From assembly GCA_964626665.1 (NCBI GenBank), contig CAZVGK010000025.1:1-54455 (forward strand): 54,455 nucleotides of DNA, read 5' to 3'. How positions within the stretch are numbered: position 1 is the stretch's first letter; each line of letters starts with the position of its first letter. Below, in pieces: positions 10,120 through 18,248 of this stretch. The notes beneath the pieces were generated by a model. That model did not search any database and was not told where the DNA came from. It saw only the letters and a list, made by a program, of their open reading frames with translations. Position numbers and translations under genes: made by a program. Source of the DNA: an uncultured Gemmatimonadota bacterium (lineage in GTDB: Bacteria; SM23-81; DAOVCL01).

Positions 10120-11343
10120 CTAACCCTTAACCACCTTCAGGAACTTCCTCTTCCCCACCCTGAGAATGATCTCCCCCCCTAAGGGGACCTCTAGATCAAC
10201 ATCCTCTATCCTCTCCCCGTTAAGGTATATTCCGCCACTTCTGATCATCCTCTTGGCCTCGCCCCCGCTGGAGAGAAGGCCAGTGAGCGTAAGAAGCCTT
10301 ACTATCCAGATATTCGGTTTCTCCCATTTAAGCTGGAAAATAGGGATCTCCTCCGGGAGTCTCCTCCTCTGGAATACCCTCTCAAATTTTGCCTCCGCCT
10401 CCCCGGCTGCCTCCTGGCTATGGTAGAGGGAGACGATCTCAGAAGCCAGCCGTTTTTTGAGCTCCATAGGATTTCGTTGGGGGTCATTGAGTTGACCCCC
10501 TATCTCTGTGAGCTCTTGGGGAGAAAGGGGAAGAAGCAGTTCGAAGTAAGGGTAGATGAGCTCATCAGGGATGGACATCAGCTTGCCAAACATCTCTCCC
10601 GGTTCCTCAGCTACTCCTACATAGTTTCCCAGGCTTTTGCTCATCCTCCTCTTGCCATCCAGCCCCACCAGAACCGGCAGAGTTATAGTCACCTGAGACT
10701 CCTGACCATAGTCCTTCTGTAGGTCCCTGCCCACTAAGAGGTTAAACTTCTGCTCGGTAGCCCCGATCTCTACATCAGCCCTGATGGCTACCGAATCATA
10801 ACCTTGCATCAAGGGGTAAAAGAGCTCATGGATGCTTATAGGGTTCCCCTGAGCGTAACGGTTGGAGAAGTCATCCCTTTCCAATATCCGAGCTACGGTA
10901 TACTTGGCCCCCAACTTCATTATCTCCTCAAAGGACATCTGGGAGAACCACTCCCCATTGTAATGGACCTCGGTCTTTCCCTTGTCCACAACCTTGAAGA
11001 ACTGATCCAAATAGGTCTGTGCATTAAGGGTAACCTCCTCATGGGAGAGCTGGGGCCTGGTCTGGGAACGGCCGCTGGGGTCCCCCACCATCCCGGTATA
11101 ATCCCCCACGATGAGGATCACCTGATGTCCCAAATCCTGAAACTGCCTCAGCTTTCTTAGGCCTATGGTGTGGCCAAGGTGGATGTCGGGAGCGCTGGGG
11201 TCAAACCCTTGTTTCACCCGCAGTGGCCTGCCCTCCTGGAGGGATTTCTCGAGCTTTTTCAGCAGCTCCTCCTCCCTGATGATCTCCACCGTGCCCCCCT
11301 TGATGATCTCCAACTGCCCTTGTGCCTCTAACATTCTCTCCAT
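10120..11343 (-). CDS. tyrS: Tyrosine--tRNA ligase
   Basis: GFDPSAPDIHLGH, YPLMQGYDS, RMSKS and C-terminal S4 domain. Confidence 0.97.
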   Translation of the reverse strand: MERMLEAQGQLEIIKGGTVEIIREEELLKKLEKSLQEGRPLRVKQGFDPSAPDIHLGHTIGLRKLRQFQDLGHQVILIVGDYTGMVGDPSGRSQTRPQLSHEEVTLNAQTYLDQFFKVVDKGKTEVHYNGEWFSQMSFEEIMKLGAKYTVARILERDDFSNRYAQGNPISIHELFYPLMQGYDSVAIRADVEIGATEQKFNLLVGRDLQKDYGQESQVTITLPVLVGLDGKRRMSKSLGNYVGVAEEPGEMFGKLMSIPDELIYPYFELLLPLSPQELTEIGGQLNDPQRNPMELKKRLASEIVSLYHSQEAAGEAEAKFERVFQRRRLPEEIPIFQLKWEKPNIWIVRLLTLTGLLSSGGEAKRMIRSGGIYLNGERIEDVDLEVPLGGEIILRVGKRKFLKVVKG

Positions 11344-11951
11344 TCTTTCCCCCGAAAGAGCTTAGCCGTAAGCGGCGGGACTTTTTTGACAGGATGACAG
11401 GATTTACATGATTTTTATCTCAAATTATGCGAGAAAACACCGAATGACACCGAAGCTACCAAAAAATTATACCGCACATTCTTCCTTGGGAACTCTTGTT
11501 GTTTCAGTGATTTTCGGTGTTTAATGGATGAGGCTGTTTGTTCCGATCATCCTGTCAGTTCTGTCTAAAAATGGAAACCCTTATCTTTCCCAATGTGGAT
11601 GGGCCCAGAATTGGTATGATTAAGCCATTACAAGGATAACGCGGACAAGGCCAAAAAGCAAGCCTTTTTTCCTTCACTTAGGGTAGGCCTTAGCCCTCAA
11701 ATTTTCCCTCTTTGCTTATCAGCGGTTTACGGAATCCAGATTTAAGGGCATTGAGTTCACTGGAATGGCTCAATTTATCGGCCGCGGGGGATAAATTTGA
11801 CTCTCTTAAGTCCGAGGAGAGCGGAGAGGCAAAAGATCTACCCATCTCCGACTTCGTCAGGGCAGGAGCCCTGATGACACGGGAGAAAGGTGAAGAGCGA
11901 GGGTGTAAGGCCAAACAAATGGTTATCCGACCTAAATGGGAAAGAAATCGC

Positions 11952-11979
11952 TTGACAGGCGATGAATTTTTCATATTAT
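11952..11979 (+). promoter_or_regulatory. Putative sigma70 promoter of the 12000 gene
   Basis: TTGACA-16 nt-TATTAT, followed by GGAGG and ATG at 12000. Confidence 0.55.
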
Positions 11980-11999
11980 TTCCCATAATTGGAGGAAGG

Positions 12000-13127
12000 A
12001 TGGCACACGCATATACACCTGGACTGAAGGTTACCGAGAGGGAATTGGTGAGGAAGAAGAGGATCCTTCCCCTTAAGGGGGAGGTGGTGGTTAAGGAGGG
12101 GGATAAGGTCGAGCCCGATAAGGTGGTGGCTCGCACCCATCTCCCCGGCGATGTTATCCCCATCAATGTGGCCAATATCTTGGGCCTTCCCCCTGAAGAT
12201 GTTCCTGAATGTATGAAGAAGAAAGAGGGGGAGGAGGTGGAGAAGGGGGAGGTGATCGCTTCCAGCAAGAGCTTCTTTGGCCTTTTTAAATCTCAGGTAA
12301 AGGCCCCGGTAGGAGGAACGGTGGAGAGCATATCCAATGTCACCGGCCAGGTCCTCCTGAGGGGGGAACCTCTTCCGGTAGAGGTTAAAGCCTACCTGGA
12401 TGGGGAAGTGGTGGAGACCTATCCCCAGGAAGGAATCCTCGTCCAGACCTGGGCTACCTTTATCCAGGGGATATTTGGCATTGGCGGAGAGACCCACGGG
12501 GAGCTGGTCATCCTCTCCGGCAATCCCAGTGAGGTTCTTACCGAGAAGGAGATAGACAAAAACTGCCAGGGAAAGATCCTGGTGGGGGGCAATCTAGTCA
12601 CCTATCAAGCCCTAAAGAAGGCTATTGCGGTAGGCGCCAAAGGGGTAGTGGCCGGTGGATTTAACGACAAGGATCTAAGGGAATTCCTGGGCTATGACTT
12701 AGGGGTCGCCATCACTGGATCTGAGGAGTTAGGGATAACCTTGGTCATCACCGAGGGATTTGGGGAAATTAATATGGCCGAGAAGACATTTGAGCTCTTA
12801 AAATCTAAGGAAGGTAAACTAACCTGCATAAACGGCGCTACCCAGATAAGGGCTGGGGTTATCAGACCGGAGGTGGTTGTTCCCATTAAGGATGGGAAGG
12901 GTGTAGAGGCTAAGTCGGAGGCCGAGAAGGGTATGGGACTAAAGGTGGGAAGCCCGGTGAGGGTGATTAGAGAACCTTACTTCGGCAGGTTGGGCAAGGT
13001 TTCCGCTCTTCCTCCTCAACTGCAGAAGTTGGAAACAGAATCGAAGGCCCGGGTTCTGGAGGTGGAATTTGGGGATGGAAAGAAGGCCATTATCCCCCGA
13101 GCCAATGTGGAGACCATTGAGGAGTAA
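12000..13127 (+). CDS. Conserved hypothetical protein with barrel-sandwich (lipoyl/NqrA/RnfC-N-like) repeats and C-terminal KOW/SH3-like domain
   Basis: Start MAHAYTPGLKV after a strong RBS; VKEGDKVEPDKVVA and KKEGEEVEKGEVIA..VKAPVGGTV hybrid motifs; GLKVGSPVRVIREPYFGRLGKV. Confidence 0.75.
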   Translation: MAHAYTPGLKVTERELVRKKRILPLKGEVVVKEGDKVEPDKVVARTHLPGDVIPINVANILGLPPEDVPECMKKKEGEEVEKGEVIASSKSFFGLFKSQVKAPVGGTVESISNVTGQVLLRGEPLPVEVKAYLDGEVVETYPQEGILVQTWATFIQGIFGIGGETHGELVILSGNPSEVLTEKEIDKNCQGKILVGGNLVTYQALKKAIAVGAKGVVAGGFNDKDLREFLGYDLGVAITGSEELGITLVITEGFGEINMAEKTFELLKSKEGKLTCINGATQIRAGVIRPEVVVPIKDGKGVEAKSEAEKGMGLKVGSPVRVIREPYFGRLGKVSALPPQLQKLETESKARVLEVEFGDGKKAIIPRANVETIEE

Positions 13128-13633
13128 AATCAGAGGAAACTCATCTTTTTCCTATATTTCCTTGAAAGCAGAAAAGTCTATTTTTTGCTTGACAATTCTA
13201 TATCTTTGATGTTAACTTTATATTTTAAATAACAGGATTTCTTTATTTTTTTTGGACAGGCCTAAAGAATAGCGAAGCTTCGCCTTCCCGGCCCGGGACG
13301 AGCAAACCGTCGAGCTATGGCAGCATAAACTGGGCGAAGCTTCGAATGTAAAATTCACCCCGTTAAATTTTTGTAGGTTTCAAAAGGTTAAGTCCTTCTT
13401 CAATTTTTGTTTCGCCTCTAATTTTCTTGGTTGAACCTACTATTTAACGGGGTAAAGAATGTAGAATTAAGAATGAAAAAACCTGCAGCCAAGGGGCCTG
13501 GGTCTAAGCTCATTGTCCACCCTTTTCTCTCTGCCCCCAAAACTTGACATAAATTTTAAGACTTTGCCTTATGAAGATGAATAGTTCCCACATTTGGCTT
13601 CCTCCAACGCCATTTCAGATGTCCAGGCGAAAG

Positions 13634-13982
13634 CAGCTTTCCGAGGCTGCCCTGGAAATCTTGAGTAGGTATGGGAAAGAACATAAACCCTCCAGATCTT
13701 TATTCCCAGGCTCTAAGAAGGAAAAGCATATTACAATCAGAACTGTTCAGCGAATCTTTGAGTCTGCCCGCAAAAATTCAGGGGTCAGAAAAACACTAAG
13801 TGGCTATAGCTTAAGGCATTCATTTGCTATCCATCTACTGGAAAGCTGCATAGACCTTATATTCAAAAACTACAGAAATATATACACATGTTAGTAAAAA
13901 ATCTTTTGGGAACATCGTTAGTCCCTTAGATAATTTAGAGACTATGGGAGTTGAAAATAAATATGAGAAAGAGCAACTATAG
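13634..13982 (+). pseudogene. C-terminal remnant of a tyrosine recombinase (integron-associated/XerD-like)
   Basis: LFPG..HITIRTVQRIF..SG..YSLRHSFAIHLLE.. then a frameshifted SKTTEIYTHVS..IVSPLD; N-terminal half and the IQELLGH box are deleted; catalytic His of HxLR reads Tyr. Confidence 0.85.
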
Positions 13983-13987
13983 TGAAG

Positions 13988-14066
13988 TATATCCGAAGTT
14001 TACTTCGGATATAACACTATATTGGAGGTATATCCGCAGTTAACTGCGGATATAAACGAGTTAGGC
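13988..14066 (+). other. attI-like recombination site
   Basis: Two related 26-bp palindromes (13988-14013, 14029-14054) then core GTTAGGC at 14060, whose extension is complementary to the end of the first cassette. Confidence 0.65.
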
Positions 14067-14098
14067 AAAATAGCAAGGAATGAAAAGATAGAATCAAG

Positions 14099-14485
14099 AT
14101 GAAAGAAATTGATTACAGATTTATTGGCGCCTGTGGTCTATATTGTGGTGAATGTGATATATACCTCGCCTTCAAAAACAACGACCCTCAGCTCAAAGAA
14201 GAAATTGCCAAAGCTCACAATCTCAAAACCTCTTATGTTCATTGTGATGGTTGTTGGGGAGATTTTTCCAAAATATGGGGTATTGAATGGCAGGAAGGTG
14301 GCAAGACCTGCAAAATAAGAAAGTGTGCTGAAAGACATCATATTCATGTATGTATTGAATGTTCAAATTTCCCTTGCCAGATGCTTGATGAATTTCACAA
14401 AACGGGCTATCAGAAGGCAAGGAAAAACCTTTTCAGGATGAAAGAGATTGGCGTGGGGAAATGGCTCAGAGAGATACAGAAGTAA
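14099..14485 (+). CDS. DUF3795 Cys-rich protein (cassette 1)
   Basis: ACGLYCGEC, CDGC, CKIRKCA and CIECSNFPC motifs. Confidence 0.85.
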   Translation: MKEIDYRFIGACGLYCGECDIYLAFKNNDPQLKEEIAKAHNLKTSYVHCDGCWGDFSKIWGIEWQEGGKTCKIRKCAERHHIHVCIECSNFPCQMLDEFHKTGYQKARKNLFRMKEIGVGKWLREIQK

Positions 14486-14494
14486 TGCTACTTC

Positions 14495-14586
14495 GCCTAA
14501 CACAGCATAAAAGGTTCGTGCCTAAAGGCACTCACCCAAATCCTTCGCTAACGCTCATGACTTCTTTTATGCTGGGAACGTTATCT
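14495..14586 (+). other. attC-like site 1
   Basis: GCCTAAC ... GTTATCT with inner inverted repeat CAGCATAAAAG/CTTTTATGCTG. Confidence 0.75.
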
Positions 14587-14626
14587 GCTATTGGCTTAAA
14601 TACACATTAAAGCGCAGGGAGATCGA

Positions 14627-14824
14627 ATGAGGCAACAAGTGATATTTAATACAGATCGACTCGCCAAGCAATTCAAGATTGCAAAAAGCGATTATGAACA
14701 GCTCAAAAGCTCCGTTCGGGAAGAATTTCCTAATGATGAGATGATGTATCAACTACATCTCATGCGCTCTATTCGTTCGTTTGGAGCGAAAAAGAGAGAG
14801 GTAGTCAAGCAGGAAGCAATGTGA
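14627..14824 (+). CDS. Putative antitoxin (cassette 2)
   Basis: 65 aa; 4-bp overlap with the downstream PIN gene. Confidence 0.6.
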   Translation: MRQQVIFNTDRLAKQFKIAKSDYEQLKSSVREEFPNDEMMYQLHLMRSIRSFGAKKREVVKQEAM

Positions 14825-15282
14825 ATACAAGCATACCTCCTAAACGCCTATATCTTGATACATCTGTCATCAGTGCATTCTTTGATCAACGAGCACCTGA
14901 ACGCAAGCGGATGACTGAAGAGTTTTGGCAAAGTCTGAATATCCACAAAGTATTCATCTCAACTCTTGTTCTGGAGGAGTTGGATGCGACGCAGGACTAT
15001 CTACGCACAAAGATGCATGAAAAAGTCAAAGATTTTCCCGTGTTGGAAGTTACTCAAGCTGCAGATGAACTCGCTGAGAGATATATGGACGAAGGTATTT
15101 TCCCAGAAAGATACCGAGACGATGCTGTGCATGTAGCTGTGACGACACCTAACCACATTGGATTCATAGTTAGTTGGAATTTCAAACATTTAGTGAAAGT
15201 ACGGACGCGTAAGGCTGTTAATCTTGCGAATGCTCTGGCTGGTTATCCCTCAATTGAAATCATAGCGCCACCTGAGTTGTAG
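14821..15282 (+). CDS. PIN-domain (VapC-like) toxin (cassette 2)
   Basis: LYLDTSVISA, DDAVHVAV, IVSWNFKHLV and I.IIAPPEL motifs. Confidence 0.88.
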   Translation: MNTSIPPKRLYLDTSVISAFFDQRAPERKRMTEEFWQSLNIHKVFISTLVLEELDATQDYLRTKMHEKVKDFPVLEVTQAADELAERYMDEGIFPERYRDDAVHVAVTTPNHIGFIVSWNFKHLVKVRTRKAVNLANALAGYPSIEIIAPPEL

Positions 15283-15314
15283 GGATGACAGAACGGCGAA
15301 AGGAAGCCCACAGC

Positions 15315-15388
15315 ATCTAACAGCGTGTTTGCGGCTCGCTTCGTTCGCCCAAATGCTTCGCACGTCGCAAAGCCCGATACCGTTATCT
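15315..15388 (+). other. attC-like site 2
   Basis: ATCTAAC ... GTTATCT with inner TTTGCGGC/GTCGCAAA arms. Confidence 0.65.
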
Positions 15389-15429
15389 GACATCCGGCTT
15401 CATAGAGATAGTACAAATGCGGTGTTTTA

Positions 15430-15903
15430 ATGAAAGAATCAATATATCTTGAGACAACAGTTGTAAGCTATTATACTTCTAAACCCAACCGAGACATCAT
15501 AGCTCTTGCTCATCAGGAGATTACACGACAATGGTGGCCTATAGTTATAAGGCAATATAATTTTTTCATCTCTGAGGTTGTAGTTGAAGAAGCTGATTTT
15601 GGTGACGTAGAGGCAGCCAAAAAAAGACTGGAAGAACTAAAAGATATTCCTCATCTGGAATTAAACGATAAGGTTGAGGAAATGGCTCAAGTTTATATGG
15701 AAAGATTGGAGATTCCAGAAAAATCTTTTCGTGATGCTGCTCATCTTGCTGTTGCCTGTGTACATAACATTGATTATCTTGTAACCTGGAATTGTACTCA
15801 TCTTGCTAATGGTGAAGCTATTAAGAAATTGATGAAGATAAATGAATCCCTTGGTATTCATACACCAATTATTTGTACACCAGAAGAGTTAATGGAGGTG
15901 TAA
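15430..15903 (+). CDS. PIN-domain (VapC-like) toxin (cassette 3)
   Basis: IYLETTVVSY, DAAHLAVA, YLVTWNCTHLAN and IICTPEEL motifs. Confidence 0.88.
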   Translation: MKESIYLETTVVSYYTSKPNRDIIALAHQEITRQWWPIVIRQYNFFISEVVVEEADFGDVEAAKKRLEELKDIPHLELNDKVEEMAQVYMERLEIPEKSFRDAAHLAVACVHNIDYLVTWNCTHLANGEAIKKLMKINESLGIHTPIICTPEELMEV

Positions 15904-15906
15904 GCC

Positions 15907-16089
15907 ATGTGGAAAGATCCAATTATTCAAGATGTCCGCAAAGCAGGTGAAGAGCTTGCAAAACAAGCAAATTATGACCTGCACATCTTCTTTCAAAACT
16001 TGCGGAATAATGAAAAGAAACGGAACCCTAAAGTTATTTCAAAAGCGCCGGGTAAAGAGGTGCCTTTAAAGGCGCCAGACGTCAGATAA
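15907..16089 (+). CDS. Putative antitoxin (cassette 3)
   Basis: MWKDPIIQDVRKA..LA..ANYDL, the small-gene type that follows this PIN subfamily; GGAGG RBS. Confidence 0.7.
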   Translation: MWKDPIIQDVRKAGEELAKQANYDLHIFFQNLRNNEKKRNPKVISKAPGKEVPLKAPDVR

Positions 16090-16208
16090 CACAGCATATA
16101 CGCTACGGGCTAATGCCCTGGCCCTCCTGCCTGTGCCGTTGGCACGGCAGACAGGTCGGGACATTGTTCCCTTCGATCGCAACGTCATATATGCTGGAAA
16201 AGTTAGGC
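16084..16208 (+). other. attC-like site 3
   Basis: AGATAAC ... GTTAGGC with inner CAGCATATA/TATATGCTG arms; contains an inserted 30-bp palindrome. Confidence 0.75.
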
Positions 16209-16241
16209 GAAATTGCGTTTAAGTCATAGGATAAAATTATG

Positions 16242-16271
16242 TTGACAAGGCATCATTTGATGTCCTATAAT
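16242..16271 (+). promoter_or_regulatory. Cassette-borne sigma70 promoter with nearby operator-like inverted repeat
   Basis: Perfect TTGACA-18 nt-TATAAT; TGTTC-N9-GAACA just downstream. Confidence 0.65.
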
Positions 16272-16312
16272 ATAAGGCAGTTGTTCCATATAATAGAACA
16301 GAGGATGGGGAC

Positions 16313-16471
16313 ATGTTGATACCAGTTAGAAGAAAAAAAATATTGGAAGTTTTTTTGAAGAGTCCTTTTAAAGAAGTACACCTTAGAGAAATCGCTCGGT
16401 TATCAAAAGTTTCATTGAACAATGTGGACAATTCGCTGCATAAACATAGACATGTACGAAAAACTCTTTGA
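16313..16471 (+). pseudogene. Truncated winged-HTH protein
   Basis: KILEVFLKSPFKEVHLREIARLSKVSLNNV, resembling the wHTH N-terminus of wHTH-nucleotidyltransferase antitoxins; ends after 52 aa. Confidence 0.55.
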
Positions 16472-16742
16472 AGAGACAGGAGTTGACAATTTGCCCTTGG
16501 GTTTCGATTTGAGATTTTCTTTTCCTGCTACAAAACCTAAAGGAGCTGCGCATTTGAGATTTATAAGAGGGAAGAAAAGGGATGTAGATACTTTAATATG
16601 GGAAACCCAAGTTCAATTAGTTGGGGATGACGCACCCAAAGACAAAGATCAAATTATTGATTGGGGAGCTGAAGCACACATATTAACAGATGATTGGTTC
16701 TTTTGGATGATAGAAGGAGAACTATTAGAGAGGTTTGAATGA
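16422..16742 (+). CDS. Hypothetical protein, probably a 5'-truncated fragment
   Basis: 106-aa ORF ending LLERFE with 4-bp overlap into the next gene; no credible RBS. Confidence 0.4.
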   Translation: MWTIRCINIDMYEKLFEETGVDNLPLGFDLRFSFPATKPKGAAHLRFIRGKKRDVDTLIWETQVQLVGDDAPKDKDQIIDWGAEAHILTDDWFFWMIEGELLERFE

Positions 16743-17163
16743 TGCATGAACAAACAATACAAGTCATTACATACCCGGGTTATCCGATTCAATACCCATC
16801 CAGTCCAAGTACAGGTATGGAGGAAATAGATGCGGATATATGGGATAGTTTATTATCTATTTGGATTCGGGAGGATCGGCTTAAGAAACCCTTTTATTAT
16901 AGCTTGATTCCCTTGTTAAAAATTGATTGGTCGTCTGTTTGGCCAGATTTTGAAATAGAAAGCGAAACATCGCTCGAAGAAGTGACAAAAAAATTATCCC
17001 GGGATATATTTCTGAAGAAGATATTGCTATGGAAATGGTAGAACACGATTTCATTGTAAAGATACCACCAAAGAAGAAGTATAAAATACAAGTTCTTGTG
17101 AAAAGTATTAAAAAGGGAGAACCTAGGGTAATTGAATCTAATGAATTTTCGGTTATAGATTAA
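16739..17163 (+). pseudogene. Hypothetical gene, probably frameshifted at an A7 run
   Basis: A shift at 16987-16993 continues as YISEEDIAMEMVEHDFIVKIPPKKKY..ID*, ending 10 bp before the next ATG. Confidence 0.45.
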
Positions 17164-17173
17164 GATACATGCT

Positions 17174-17985
17174 ATGAAAGATTATCCATGGTATGAAGTG
17201 GTTGATGGTGATGAGCTTCTTCAAGGAGATATTATAAATTCATGTCCTCTAATAATCCCGCCAGCTATTTTAAAATCAAATAAATTAGGTTCATCTCCAT
17301 TTTAGTTGATGGCATAGATTATTTATTTACAGATAGTTGCCCAGAATGTGGAATTTGAAAATGGCCAGCTTTTGATCTTTAAAGTTACCTAAATCATTGT
17401 TTTTTAAATTCATAGAGCGGAGAATTTAGTGAAAATCATCAAATGCTAATTGTTTGATTAACACCTGTTTAGCGACCTACAGATTTTGCATCTTCGGGTA
17501 TTGCAAGCGAAATAGTTCGTCATACAACTCCCAATTACTTTATGAGTTACGAAAGATCTGATCAACTAAAATGGAGAAGAACCATAAATTACAGGTTGAG
17601 GTAATCGAATATGATGTAATAGTTATGAGCCAATCTGGCGATCTTGTCGAAAAGAAACTTGAGTCAGTTCTTGTTTGCCCAATCTGGAAGTTAAATGAAT
17701 TTGAAAACAAGAACCCATCTTATAAGAGTCCAAAAATGAAAGAATCATTAAGACGAGGGTATTTGCCAGGTTATCATCTTTTAAATAGATGGATTTGAAA
17801 CAGAGTATTTAGTGGTTGATTTTCGCGGTGTTTATAGTGTTACTTTTGATTTCCTTGTAGAATTAGCCCAAAAGAGGGATAAAAGACTACGTCTATTACC
17901 ACCTTACAGAGAACATTTATCTCAAGCTTTTGCAAGATTCTTTATGAGAGTTGGATTACCTGTTGATATACCTCCTTTCAAGTGA
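17174..17985 (+). pseudogene. Conserved hypothetical gene disrupted by a MITE and a later frameshift
   Basis: MKDYPWYEVV..LLQGD..KSNKL | QVEVIEYDVIVMSQSGDL rejoins in frame once the MITE and one TSD are removed; tail REHLSQAFARFFMRVGLPVDIP* lies in a shifted frame. Confidence 0.8.
17288..17583. mobile_element. 296-bp MITE / internally deleted IS
   Basis: 23-bp TIRs GGTTCATCTCCATTTTAGTTGAT / ATCAACTAAAATGGAGAAGAACC (1 mismatch); 8-bp TSD ATAAATTA at 17280-17287 and 17584-17591. Confidence 0.92.
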
Positions 17986-18006
17986 GGGATATGAAAGGCA
18001 TCACTT

Positions 18007-18089
18007 CAATAACAGAACGTGTCTGGCTACGACTGACCCTCTGCTCAAATTCCTCTTTGGGGAACTTCAATATGCTCGAAACGTTAGGA
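18007..18089 (+). other. Degenerate attC-like site 4
   Basis: CAATAAC ... ATATGCTCGAAACGTTAGGA; right end resembles sites 1 and 3; left arm decayed. Confidence 0.5.
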
Positions 18090-18248
18090 GACATTTTGGA
18101 AAGGGGAATTTGCTTTAGGTTTCACCTCCCCATAGGATTTACTACTCGAACTCCTTAGCTGTGGGAGTTGCCCTTCAGGCCAATTGGACTTGGATGATCA
18201 AACTTTTCAATCAAATTGGGAAAATCTTAATTGAAAGGATAGTATAGG

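Noticed and set aside
11712-11999. N-terminal extension of the 471-aa ORF
   Set aside because: A promoter and strong RBS point to ATG 12000; the extension is not protein-like
13270-13345. Possible c-di-GMP-I riboswitch (GCAAACC)
   Set aside because: The remaining consensus is missing; flanked by GCGAAGCTTCG palindromes that recur elsewhere
17571-17798. 75-aa ORF as an independent gene
   Set aside because: Its ATG lies in the MITE right TIR; it is the middle part of the disrupted 17174 gene
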